NCBI GenBank assembly: GCA_028534125.1
Contig: CM052818.1
Location: 4,776,001-4,840,000, forward strand
DNA length: 64,000 nucleotides
Direction: 5' to 3'
From: Lama glama
Taxonomy: Eukaryota
This document shows positions 25,989 through 37,960 of this stretch, piece by piece; within the stretch, counting starts at the first letter, position 1; each line of letters begins with the position of its first letter. The notes beneath the pieces were generated by a model. That model made no database searches. It had not been told where the DNA came from and saw nothing but the letters and a program-made list of their open reading frames with translations. A program made the position numbers and the translations under genes.

Positions 25989-26867
25989 TTTAGAATGACT
26001 GTCGTATCTGGTCAGGTCTGCAGGCTGGGCTGACAGCTCCAGAAACGCTTTTATCCTGTCGCCAGGTACCCTGTTGCCCTCTTGTCTTCTAGGTCTGTTG
26101 AAATCTCTTTCCCAACTAGGGCGAAATGCCTGACTTCCATTTTCAGTGGCCAGCCCTTTCCTGAAAGATTCCAAGCATCCGATGTCCCTGTCGGACGGAA
26201 GATAACCGTGACCCCCTTGTCTGAATCCTGCCCCCTCTAGAGGCTGTTTCCTGGGAAGCAGGTCTGTGTGAGGCCACCTTTGTGGTAGCAAAAGACACGC
26301 CATTTCAGGGTGTCATCTGAGGTTGGTGATCATTATAGTCAATGCGGCCCATATGAGAGGAGTTAAAAGGAGACATTATAAACTCGGGTAACCTTGCTAC
26401 TGTTTAGGACGCAAAGATTTACTTTCTGGATTCCGCCAGCCTTTCTCGGGAGATTTCGTCCTGTAAGTCTCGCTGACAGATTTATCCTGGGCCCCTGTCA
26501 TCGGTGGCTGCTTTCTCACTAAGCAGGTGGAAGGCAAAAGCCAGGGAGGTAGCTGCCAGCGGAGAGGTCGTTTGTGAATTGGCCCTGTGAAGTGGACATA
26601 AATTCTACGTATTCTGCAAGGCCTTAGCTGCTGCTTCTGTCTCGTCCTAGATTTTTCTGTGATGGTATTCGCCGTTGGCGTTAGCATTATTGTCTGCAGA
26701 GGTAATTGGAGAGCTAGGCCTTGCCAGGGGGGACGGAGACCCGGGCTATCACAATTCCTCTCATGGGAGGGGCGGGGAGGAGGGAGGGTTCAGTTACAGC
26801 CACCGAAACAGGCCTGGCAAAATCCCGTGACCCCGGGCTTCCGGACAGCATTTCCAGGAACACTTTA

Positions 26868-27070
26868 AAATGATACATAAAAATAGATTAAAAAACAAGT
26901 TTTATCTGTATAGCACAGAGAACTATATTCAATATTTTGTAATAACCTTTCATGAAAAAAATATGAAAATGAATATATGAACATACATGCATGACTGGGA
27001 CATTGTGCTGCACACCAGAAACTGACACATTGTAACTGACTGTACTTCAGTAAAGTAAAAATTAAAAATT
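26868..27070 (+). mobile_element. LINE-1 3' end (camelid type)
   Basis: TGTATAGCACAGAGAACTATATTCAATA...ATGCATGACTGGGACATTGTGCTGCACACCAGAAACTGACACATTGTAACTGACTGTACTTCA plus A-rich tail. Confidence 0.9.
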
Positions 27071-27469
27071 TAAGCCAATAATTCATATTAGAGCTATATC
27101 CCTGTGGTTATTAAGTTCTATAAGTTTATTTGTTTAATAAAGTAATTTAAAAAAAAGATATGGCTGCCTGCTGCCCTCCCCCCATCCCGCCTTCATCACC
27201 ATCCACGGCCAAGGGAAAGATGCCTGTTTGATTTTGGTTCTGCCTCAGCAGCAATGGTTTTGTAGGAAGGGAGTGAAAAGATCAAGGCAGAAAGGGGGTA
27301 AATGGTAGAAAAATCATAAAACTTGAGTCCTCAAGAGACTTTTAAAGATATCAGTTCCAGTGTTTTTTTTTTTTCTAGCCTTTCTTTGGCCATGGAATCC
27401 TTTGTTCAAACAAAATTGTTAGAATTAACATTTGTTTTGCTTGTAGTGTAAACTGGGGAGTGACCTAAA

Positions 27470-27625
27470 GGTTTTACACATATGACCTCAGTCTTCACAA
27501 AGACTCCAGTGGTAGGCAGTGTGATGGTCTGTATTTTCCAGGCAAAGGAACCAAGGTGGAGACATTAAAGGATGCGTGGGAAGTCACACAGCTAGGAAGA
27601 GTTGGCACTGGGACGAGACCCTGGC
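27470..27625 (-). mobile_element. MIR SINE
   Basis: TTTTACACATATGACCTCAGTCTTCACA...ATTTTCCAGGCAAAGGAACCAAGG...AAGTCACACAGCTAGGAAG. Confidence 0.7.
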
Positions 27626-28390
27626 AACTGGTGTCCGAGCCGGTGAGACACAAACTGGACATGGCGGGAGGGCCTCCATGTCACCTCTGCGCCCCGGGAG
27701 GTTTGTGTTGGGGGTGGATGCAGGGTATAAAACGAACAGAAAATCAAGGAGCTGCTCTGGTTGAAACTGGGGTGGGGTGTAGCCCAGTCCTGACCGTTCA
27801 CCTCTTACCCCCTCACCCCAGGACCCTTAAGGGGAGCAGCCTCCCGATCTAGTCAAGTTCCCTCGTGTTCTTGGCTGATGAAACTGAGAAGCTGTGTTTG
27901 AAGGTGCCGGGCCTTGCCCAGGGTCATATGGCCCGTTAGTACCAGAGCCCCGCCATCTTGATTCCCAGGCCACTGCCAACCAGCAACCCCCAACCAGCAA
28001 CCCCCAGACCCCTGACAGCACCTGAGGTCCTGTTATATACGAGTTCCTCAAAGCTAAGAAATGACTGAGCAGGCCAAGCCCGAAGAATAACTAGAATGTC
28101 CTACGGAAAGACATGATTTTGGTACCACTGGGAGGTGGCATCAACTCCTCCACGTCCCTGCCAAGGGCTGATGCCACAGTTGTTGAGGCCGAAGCCTGAT
28201 CTCCCCAAACCATGCCCGCAAAATGCCTGAGGCTCTATTCTTAGAATTTCTCATGCGGTCTCAGCTGTGACCGAGGCAGCGCCCTTCAGGGTCTCCCTGC
28301 CTCCTGACACTTTGATGTCTGGTTTCTTTTGCTTTGCTGTGCTAAGAGCCCTTCTCTAGAGCTAGTCCATACTTTATTCTTTCAAGCATA

Positions 28391-28529
28391 TTTTTTCCTT
28401 TTTTTTAAAAATTGAAATATAGTCGATTTACAATGTTATGTTAATTTCTGGTGCACAGAAGAGTGATTTGCAGGTACTAACTCCTAAATATAACATAGAT
28501 AAACAACAAGTTCCTCTTGTATAGCGCAG
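28391..28529 (-). mobile_element. Very short LINE-1 3' end with inverted 5' segment
   Basis: Antisense L1 tail (28391-28468) fused to a sense L1 3' UTR piece (28465-28529). Confidence 0.75.
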
Positions 28530-29007
28530 TTCAGACGGTTTCAAAGGGGAATTCACTGCCGCTGTCTTCCTCCTCTTACTGGGCTCCCTCCTTCTCAGAG
28601 AAAGGGGCTTGACAATTTTTAATTCAAACTCCCCGAAGGGACTTAAATCTGCCCTGAGGTTACAAAGATGCAAGCAGTCCTTCTGAAATTCGGCCTTAGT
28701 TACTTATTCAGGTGCCCACGATGCCTGCCCAAAGGGCTCATGTCTGAACAAATCTTCCCTGGTCTGGGGAAGTGGGGTGAAAGGGCCCGTTAGGTACAGA
28801 GGGCGGAGGTCCCACTTGGAAACGTACCTGGGTCGCGGAGGATGGCTAATGTTCCTTTGCAGCCCCATGCTGTTTCCAGACATTGGATGCTATCTTCCCT
28901 AAGGCTGAGTCCGAGGACTACAGAAGAAAGGACTGGATGGTTTTTTATCTTTGAAAGGAAGAATTCTTTTTTTTCCCCCAAACTTTCAAAACTTCTTCCT
29001 TGCAACC

Positions 29008-29158
29008 TGGGCCAGTTTCCTGGGTAGGTGACCTGGGCACCCAGCTCTTACTTGAGTTAATGCTCCACTGTTGCCATCTTGAATTCTTCATAGTTTCTGA
29101 ACACGAGGCCTGGCATTTTCATTTTGTACCAGAGCTTGCAAATCACGTTGCCTGTCTG
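29008..29158. mobile_element. MER91-like hAT-Tip100 DNA transposon relic
   Basis: CTGTTGCCATCTTGAATTCTTCATAGTTTCTGAACACGAGGCCTGGCATTTTCATTTTGTACCAGAGC. Confidence 0.7.
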
Positions 29159-30766
29159 ACCTGCAAAGTCTGGGATATGTGTGCTGGTGGTGAAGATTGG
29201 GTAGGAAAGGTATGTCTGTAAGGGAGTTAGGACTCACTCTAGTTTGCAGCCTTTTTAATAAAAACCTGTTCTGGCATCAGACTATGTGTTTAATTCAGAA
29301 TTTTTAAAAAAGTCTGCTTTATCTGAGAAGCACGTGGTCACACTGAATTTAGCATCTCGCCTTTGTGGGTTAAAAGACTAGTCATGTCTCAGTGCCTTGT
29401 GCTATTTTTGGCTGATGGATCCCAAGACTCCAGCGTATGACCTTTTCCAGGCAGCGTTTGCCTTGCTGGCAGCAAGGTTATCACAGGTCAGGGCCCAAAT
29501 GCTTTATCTGTTGTTTTCCTCTTGGGTACAGAATGAGACTTCCTAATGAAGTAAGGACTTTCAGTATTGCTTATCATCTTTCTAGTTGATAATAATTAAA
29601 ATAAATCATCAAATTACTTCTAGAGATTTCAGGTCATTACATTCAGAAGACCCCATGTTATTTTTCAAGGTGAATGTTGAAAAATGCCAACATCATAACA
29701 AATTAGTTTAATCCTTAGGAAAGTCATAATAAAATATATATTGAGCATTTGAAAGAAAGACATTAGAAGGTAAATGTTTCATAACGGAATTATGATTATT
29801 AGCGAGATTATCAACTTCAGGTTTAAGATATTATAATGAAGAAAAATAACAATAAAACAAGAGAAGAATGTAAGTAGCTAAGTTTAAAAAAAAAGGATAA
29901 TGTAATTGTTAATCTCATTTGTCAGGGAATGTCAAAAGCCAGAAGGCCATTTTATTCTGTAAGTTAGAGTGAGGCAGGGGCCAGTTCAGCCCTGTCATCC
30001 GGTTCTGTAGCTCTGTTGTTGTTTGTAAATATATATGGAACACTGGGCATGGCCGGGTGGCTTTGACCGGTCACCTGCTCTCTGCCTTCTCTGGGAAGCA
30101 TATCAAAATTCTGACCCTCATTTTGAGATGGGTTGTGGGGTGGTCTTTATGCTTTCTTCAGCACAGACTTTGAAAACTCAAGTAATTACAAGGGGCCAAG
30201 CAGGCAACTGTCATGGGTGTGTGTCTGGGTGGGGACGGGGGGCGGGGAACAAGAGAGCCATGTGCAGTCTCAAGACGGCAGCCTGACCCGGCAGCTGATG
30301 ACAGTGCGCCGGAAGGAATATAGTCAGAAGATCTGATTTTTCAAAAAGCATAGGTCATCTTCACTGGGAGATTTGGAATGTTGGCTAGTGAATAAAAACT
30401 TAAAAAATTCCACTGTCCAAAAGGCAAACAAGCATCTTTGGCTGGACGTTGCTATGGATCACCCATCTTCAGCCGGTACCCTGTGTTCTTGCGTGAGCTG
30501 GGGTGTGGGTAGGAGTGGTGGGGGCGAGGCGGACGTCTTAGGGACATTGTTTCCAGAATCAATTTATTTTCATAAGTGAGTAAACAGATTCCTCTTTCAT
30601 TAGGTTGTGGGGCAAACCCTTTTCTCGTTCTGATTTAGTAGATGTTAGTTTCACAGCGTTCCTTCTTCAGACTCCATTTGCCTAACTACAAACTAGCTGT
30701 GAAAACCTCCCAACCTTTACTTCCCATTGAAAATTAGAAATTAGAGGAGTCAGTACAGACACTTCC

Positions 30767-30998
30767 TTTTTTTTTTTTTGATTGAAATGTAGTTGATTTA
30801 CAGTGTCGTGTTAATTTCTGGTGTACAGCGTAGTGATTCAGTTATATGTAGATATATCTATTTTTTCATATTCTTTTCCATTAAAGGTTATTATAAGCTA
30901 TTGAATATAGTTCCCCGTGCTAAACAGTAGGACCTTGTTTATCTATTTTGTGTATAGTAGTTTGTATCTGTTGATCCCTAACTCCTAATTTATCCCTC
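30767..30998 (-). mobile_element. 5'-truncated LINE-1 3' end
   Basis: Poly-T plus L1 tail; TSD CAGACACTTC / CAGACATTTC. Confidence 0.92.
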
Positions 30999-31937
30999 CA
31001 GACATTTCTGACTGAGCAGTGTGCAAGGAACAGAACCACACGGGGAAGAGGGAAAAACATAACCTTCTGGCTCTTATTCGACTTGAACAACATGAAAGAT
31101 ATGCATACCATTCTGACACATGTTATGGACCGAGCATATTTTAATGGGGAAATGACCTACGTGGCCCCATCATTCTTCACTGTCAACCCTGATATTTTGG
31201 GAAATCAAATGATTGACTTCTTAGGATTTATGAACTGTTCTCCTTGTTGGTGAGCTGGTTAGATTAAGCTAGGGATTTTTGATCAAGTTAGTCAACAAAA
31301 CATCTTTTAAAACATTTATCATTTATCTGTATATAGGAACTTTTACATTCCTATGTAAAATTTACAGTTGTCGAAATTAAATTTTATAAAGTCAAAGAAC
31401 TTGAATATTAGGCCAACCTGTGTCTCCCACTAGCGATGTTCATAGATTATCCATCTTTATCTCAAGCGAACCAGAACTGGTTTATTTTGGTAGAAATGTA
31501 TGTTGGGTGTGTGTGTGTGTGTCCCTTCCCCAAAAGCAGTTCTGATGTTTACAGACACAATGCTGTGGCCAAATTTCACTACAAGATACATACTTTCAGG
31601 GATGCTAAGTTCTTGTGATTATCCTTAAATTTCTCTCTTCCTCCTGGCTTGCTGATTTGGTTGCGTGCCTGGCTCTTCTTCTCTCTCAGCAGCTTAGTGA
31701 CTTGTCTCCTAGGACTCTCTTTAAAGCCAAGTGTAAATCTGCTAATGATTCGCTTCTTTCTCTCTAATTTTACCCTTTCAAACTTCCCTTCTGAGCCATC
31801 AGAAGCCTTCTTCCCAAAATACTTCTTTCTCCTTTTTCCTTTGGATGATTCCTCCTTAACCCTATATTTCAGATCCTTTTTGCATTTCTTACTGTTTAGT
31901 TTACTTTTCCATCTTCAACCCCAAAAAACATCAGTTG

Positions 31938-32473
31938 TTTTTTTTTTGCTCTTGATTAAAATTTTTTTATTGTAGTATAGTTTACAATGTTGTGTTAATT
32001 TCTGGTGTACAGCATAGTGATTCAGCTATATATATATGTGTATATATATATTCCTTTTCATGTTCTTTTTCATTATAGACTATTACAGGGTATTGAATAT
32101 AGTTCTCTGTGCTCTACAGTAGGACTTTGTTGTTTATCTATTCTGTATATAGTAGTCTGCATCTGCTAATCCCAAATTCCTAATTTTCCCTAATTTATCT
32201 GTTTTATACATAGTAGTGTGTATTTACAAATCCCAAACTCCCAGTTAATCCCTCCACCCCTCCCTTCCCCCATAAGCACAAGTTTGTTTTCTATGTTTCT
32301 GTTTTGTAGATAAGTTCATTGGTTTCATTTTTATAGATTCCACATATTAATGATATCATATTGTACTTTTCTTTCTCTGTCTGGCTTATTTCACTTAGTA
32401 TGACAATCTCCAGGTCCATCCACGTTGCTGCAAATGGCATTATTTTATTCTTTTTTATGACTGAGTAGTATTC

Positions 32474-32538
<65 letters not shown>

Positions 32539-32741
32539 CCACAACTTCTCTATCTAGTCATCTGTTGATGGACATTTAGATTGCTTCCATGTCTTGGCTA
32601 TTGTAAATAGGGCTGCTGTGAACATTGGGGTGTATGTATCTTTTTGCATTAGCATTTTCTCTGGATATATGCCCAGGAGTGGAATTGCTGAATCATAGGG
32701 TAAGTCTATTTTCAGTCTTTTTAAGGGATCATCATACTGTT
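31938..32741 (-). mobile_element. 5'-truncated LINE-1 with internal (TA)n
   Basis: Minus ORFs 32291-32542 and 32554-32775 read LKIDLPYDSAIPLLGIYP...MFTAALFTIAKTWKQSKCPSTDD and MEYYSVIKKNKIMPFAATWMDLEIVILSEISQ. Confidence 0.95.
32479..32535. repeat. Interrupted (TA)n microsatellite inside L1
   Basis: Direct reading. Confidence 0.95.
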
Positions 32742-35159
32742 GAATTCTCAGATCTTTTTCTTGTTTCCAACCCATTTTTCTTCCTCATTCAGCCAATGCT
32801 TTTTCTCTTGGTTCCATCACCTCCCCTGAGAAGTGAACTCACAATTTCCCTCTCATCAACCCTCTCACTCTTTGCCTCTCCCCTCTTTGCTTTCTTCTAA
32901 CCTTCTTACTTTCTCAGCTATTTACAAAAGGCATTTAAGGCAGATTGAGTGAAGTTAAAGGAATAAATGGAAAAGTGAGACATGAAGAGAATTGGAATAG
33001 AAAATGGGACATAAATGAGAAGTGAGGTTAATACATAACCTCAGCCATGGGGAGAAATCTGCAGAGACTCCCTGCTTTGTCCTCTTGCTCGTCTGGGTGA
33101 TCTTTCTCCCTGGAAGCACGTCAGAGAAGACTTCCCGGAGCCTGAGGGTCAGAAGGTACCGTGATCACTTAGTCAACAGTTTGTTGGTGCCACAGCTAAA
33201 GGCCGGGGTGAGAACAGCTGGCCTTTGGAAGGTGTCCAAATACCAGCCATTTTATTACTGACAGCAGCCCTTCCTGACAACTGCTTCTCCAGGGGAAAAT
33301 GCCAGTCATGGAGAAGGGGTTGAGTGTCACCTCTCGTCTGCATTTAGGGCTCATCACATGCTCACCCAAGAATGGACCGTGGATCATCCCCCATTGCTAT
33401 CAGGTCACCTCCACGGGACTACACTTGCCTTTCCCTTTCTAGTTTTGTGAAAGCCCCTGAGAAGGTTCCAGAGACCCCCTCCCACCATTTCCCTTCCTTC
33501 AGGTTCTGGGCTGGAGACCATTCCTGCCTCGGGAGTTTTCTGAGGCAATATCTTTACGGCTGTTTTTTCAACTGAGCTTAATTTCCTTAAACATGTCTCC
33601 TTCCTCCTGGAAATTTATGCCTGTTTCTGGCATCTGCCCCGTCCTCTGTGAACACTCAGGCAGAGAATTCATTTAATTTTTTTTTTTTTTGCCTCTTCTG
33701 GCAGTAAATTTCCTTTGCCATTTCTCTGACCTCTTGTTCCTTGGGTACTTAAAAATGCCTTATTTGTTTCAACTGCTTATGTAATATATCTTGCGTTCAT
33801 TCTGCACTGTTGCTTGTCTTATAGTGTCTTACACAGCCCTGGTTTTCCTCTGTAATATTCAAGGACTCCTTTGCCTGTATTTTATACCTTGCTAAATGCC
33901 CCTTCTTTGCCTTTGAATGAGCATCGCAACCCCAGCTTCCTGTTCCCTCATCCCCTCCGTCTCCATTGATTTGGTATTTACGACCATACATTTCTTATTG
34001 GCTGGTGATCACCTAAGTTGCAGTTTCATTTGTTTTCTTCCCTCTTCCATCCTACTGCTTTATCCCACTGTTACACTTGCCATAATTTTTCAGCCACCTA
34101 AGACTCTTCTGACTTGAGATGATTTGCTGCTGCCTCCACGGCAGGGCTGGTATGACACAGAAACCCAGCCCACCCATCTCTTCTTTCTTTCTTATCGCAA
34201 TAAACAGCCAAGCGAATTCAAGTTCCTATCCGTCGTATAAGAAATCACTCTCCCACCATATGGGATAACTTACGGCTGCGAATAAAAATTCCCCAATGTT
34301 TTGCTCCTCACAAGTTTTCACTTCCCCGGCACAGCTTGGGAAGTCCAAGATGTTAAAATCCCTAGGGAGAGCATATTTTCACGAAAATTTACTTTCTACT
34401 TCTCGAATGTTTCTTCTACTCACAGGACTTGACTTTTCAATAACATTATAGAGCGTCACGACTTTTCTTCTATCCCAACTCTGACCTCTGCCAGTGCTTC
34501 TTTTTTAAGGAAGGCGATTTTGAGTTGTTGAGCTAGTTTGTTTTCCTCAATTCATGGGCTAGAGGAGTTACCCTAGTGTCAGCATAGGCTTTAAGCTCTT
34601 TTTCTTGCTAACCTGTGAATAAAAGCTCACATCCAAACAAAAGGGCGTATCTCATGTAAGTGGATTCTCTTTCTGGGGTCTTGGGTAAGTGTGTTCAGGT
34701 CTACTTTTCTGCACCATTTATAACCGGATACTTGGCATTGCTTCAAACCCAGTCACTCATAGACAAAGCCAGGGCATTGTCAGCAGTTGTGGCAGCCACA
34801 TGGACTCCCACAGGACCTGATTTTCTCTCTCTAGAGATGTTAGAGGACTGCTTTGGAATTCAAAACAGGCACTAAATACACTTTGGTGTGGTGTATGTTA
34901 TGGAGATAACTTCTCTGACTGATTGATTGACTCATTCATTCATTTTTCATTTCAAAGACTTTCTGAGGATAGGAACAAAGCTGGCCCTTTAATCGCTGTG
35001 ACCCAGTCCATGTTCACACAGTTCGGTAGAACCGGTTTTTCCGAGGTCATGGTCCATGCCTGTTTATTAAGTCTCGACTTCATTACAGTGGACTGGGGGG
35101 TTTCCTGGGTAACTGTTAAAGCATCCATTGCTTGTGGAAAGGAGTCAGCGGGCATGGGT

Positions 35160-35305
35160 TCTTCTCTAGGCTCCCTCCTAGGTCACCCTGGGGTAAAGGA
35201 CTTAACTCTTAGTGTCTCTGTTTCAGTTTATATACCTTGAGGGCAATGTTTTTCATCTTCTCTCTGCCTCCCAATGATGCTGTGAGGGTGAGATGACATG
35301 GGCCT
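35160..35305 (+). mobile_element. MIR SINE (degenerate)
   Basis: GTCACCCTGGGGTAAAGGACTTAACTCT...CTGTTTC...TGCTGTGAGGGTGAGATGA. Confidence 0.55.
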
Positions 35306-36058
35306 AGGAAGCAAGGGATGGTTAACCCTACTGGTTCAGCAGATTTGCATTTATGATGTTAGATTTTACAGCCTTGCCTGGTAGATTTCCAATCACCAGT
35401 CCTTTCCTTTGAAAGCTATACTCTCTAAAGTCCTCTGGAATTCCTGGCACATGATACCAAAGATGATAGCTTTTGACCTGTCCTAATATCTTTACAGAGT
35501 GTTCTAGAAGCCAGGGACTTTTGATGACCATCATGTCCATTTTTTTCTGTCTCAAATACACACCTCCAGGTGATCAAATTTGAAATATGATGCCAAATCA
35601 TTTATTACCCTTTAAAGTATATCTTGGATATATGCAGTGCTATGCTATTACTGTCAATTCTTGGATCATCTTCTCAAAGATATCTATGTGTTGTAGCACA
35701 CTGTTAGGGATTTGGGGAAATTTTTCCTTTCCTCTTTCCAGAAAAATCAGTAAACAACTTTCCCATGTTCACGGTAGTTCCTGATTTTTTCCTGTACAGG
35801 GAAAACATTTCACTCCACAGTTTAATATAGGCTTGGCATCAAAATAGCCCTCAGAGGAGTAATATAGATTTACATTTAAACCAAGGTTTAAACTTGACTG
35901 ATTCTGGACTCTTGCCTGGGCAGATTTGGCTCCGTGGTGGAGAAACATCCAGGGTTCCTAAAAGGTAGGAGTGAGACCTGGAAACAGACTCTGTCACCCT
36001 CACAATTTTGCTTTGGCGTTTTCTTAGTCCCTCTTATCACTTGATCTCGGCTACTTTT

Positions 36059-36135
36059 TTTTTTTTAGCTGATTTACAATACTGTAAGTTTCAGCTGTAC
36101 AACATCGTAATTTACAATCTGTTCAGATTATACAG
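36059..36135 (-). mobile_element. Ultra-short L1-type retroposed tail (~77 bp)
   Basis: Poly-T + AGCTGATTTACAATACTGTAAGTTTCAGCTGTACAAC; 16-bp TSD GATCTC(G/A)GCTACTTTT at 36043-36058 and 36136-36151. Confidence 0.85.
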
Positions 36136-36469
36136 GATCTCAGCTACTTTTGAGAAGCCTTGATTTGCTTTGCTGATTCCTTGATTCTTCAGAATCCATG
36201 ATATTATATTTTTTGACAAAAGTGGAGAAGAGATCCACAAAGCAGACTGGTAGAGATGGGGCCAATGTTATGGGAGAATCATCAGACAATAACCCAGGCT
36301 TCCCCACTCCACTCAGCCAGGAGGGGGTCAGAGGGCCCTGTTTGTCCAGTGGCTTCTGTCCCTGCCATTCAGCACAGGAGTTCCAGGTAGGGCAGATGCT
36401 TCTGGGGGCGGGGGGGGGCAACACTCTCCCTTCTTACCTCTAAAGATGTGCTGTTTTGTTTTGTTTTTA

Positions 36470-36875
36470 TCGGTTAGCCGTTGCCTCCATACAGTCAGAA
36501 AACCACCACAATAATGGCATAGAAAATGAAACATTTATTTCTTGCTTATTGTGTTGATTGGCTGGTCCAGGCTCTTGTTGATCCAGGCTCAGTGGGGCCC
36601 GGCTTAATCTGTTGCTGGGTTCAAGTCTGCTTCTTGTGTCTCCTGTCATTCTGGGATCTGCAGCTCCAGGAAGCTGTTCTTACGGCCGCACATAAGAGGG
36701 CAAGCCTGCTGAGCAAGCCCATTTCCGGTTGTTCTAGCAAACTCCAGGAAGCCAGAGCAAGTCACAAGACCACGTTCAAAGTCAAGGGGTGGGAAGGAGA
36801 ACCTTGTCAACCAGGAGGCTGTGTTGGAGCTGTGAGTACTTAATACTATGGCTGGGGCCAATAATTAAATATACC
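36470..36875 (-). mobile_element. Ancient MaLR LTR (MLT1F/H-like)
   Basis: AAACCACCAC...CATTTATTTCTTGCT...GGGTTCAAGTCTGCT...GCAAGTCACAAGACC...AAAGTCAAGGGGTGGGAAG. Confidence 0.7.
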
Positions 36876-37099
36876 CCAGACTCTAATCAAATAACATTAA
36901 AACTACTGGACATCTGCAAAGACTAAGACATTTAAAAGGTAGTTGAACTTTTAAAGGGTAAATATTCATAAGAATAACATACATTTATTTTTATGGTAAA
37001 TTATAAAATGATAGAATATTTTATATTAAATATTCCTTCATATTGGATCTTATTTGGGGTCTTAGACCAAATGCAAAAGATATGTGTGCTGGATGTGTT

Positions 37100-37960
37100 T
37101 TTAACCATTTCTTGAGCATGTACTGACGCAGGAAAACGGATGTGGGGTGTGAGGAGGGCCGTGTCCCAGGTCTCAGTTGAGCCCCTGGGACGTGCCCCTC
37201 CAAGTGTGGGTCCTTGGCTTTGCGAGGGAAAGAATTCAAGTGTGAGCCACCACTGAGTAAAAGCAGATTTATTTAGAGAGACACATACTGCGTAGGGTGT
37301 AAGGCAAGAGAAAGGCAAGGAAGCAGGTGTGGGAACTGGGTGCTCAGGTTAAAATGAAAGTAGATATACACTCCGTAGACAGAGTGCAGGCCGTCTCCAA
37401 AGAGGAGGGAGTGAAAAAGGCCACTAGGCGTGGTGTTGTTATGTTTTATGGGCTCAGTAGCTTCACACGCCTACAGGTGGGACCCTTCCAGCTGCCCTGG
37501 GAGAGGGGCTGGGATTCCCAGGAACTGGGCCACCGCCCATTCTTTGGCCTTTTGCGGTCAGCCTTGGGGCTGTCATGGCGCCGGTGGCATGTTATTGATC
37601 ACGCTGTTACAGTGAGCATCTAATGAAGCTCAAGGTCTGTTAGAAGTCAAACCTCTTATTCCTCAAGGCCAACTAGGAGGTGAATCTTCCACCATTTTGG
37701 TGTTAAATTGCTGTCGTTCCTTGAGTGGCTGTGCCCTGCCCCTTCCATCCTATCTCAGTACTGTAAGCTAGGCATTGCGCTAAGCAACTTTATGTCCATT
37801 ATCTTAATTAATCTGTTGCCTTTGCCCATGAAGATGGCATTATTATCCGCTTTTGAGATGTCTGAGCCTGAGAGAGCTGGTGCGACTTAACCAAAGTCAC
37901 AGAGCTATTCAGAGGCAGAAACCAAAACTTATCTGGTGGCATCAAAGTGCCTTCTCATGT
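37100..37960 (-). mobile_element. MIR SINE split by an LTR insertion
   Basis: TAACCATTTCTTGAGCATGTAC [LTR] TGTAAGCTAGGCATTGCGCTAAGC...GACTTAACCAAAGTCACAGAGCTA. Confidence 0.75.
37124..37757 (-). mobile_element. ERV1-class solo LTR
   Basis: TG...CA termini, perfect 4-bp TSD GTAC (37120-37123 / 37758-37761), 634 bp, AATAAA on minus near 37270. Confidence 0.9.

Noticed and set aside
32291..32775. Protein-like ORFs (also 5523-5837 and 9778-9972)
   Set aside because: Decayed L1 ORF2 C-termini, not host genes
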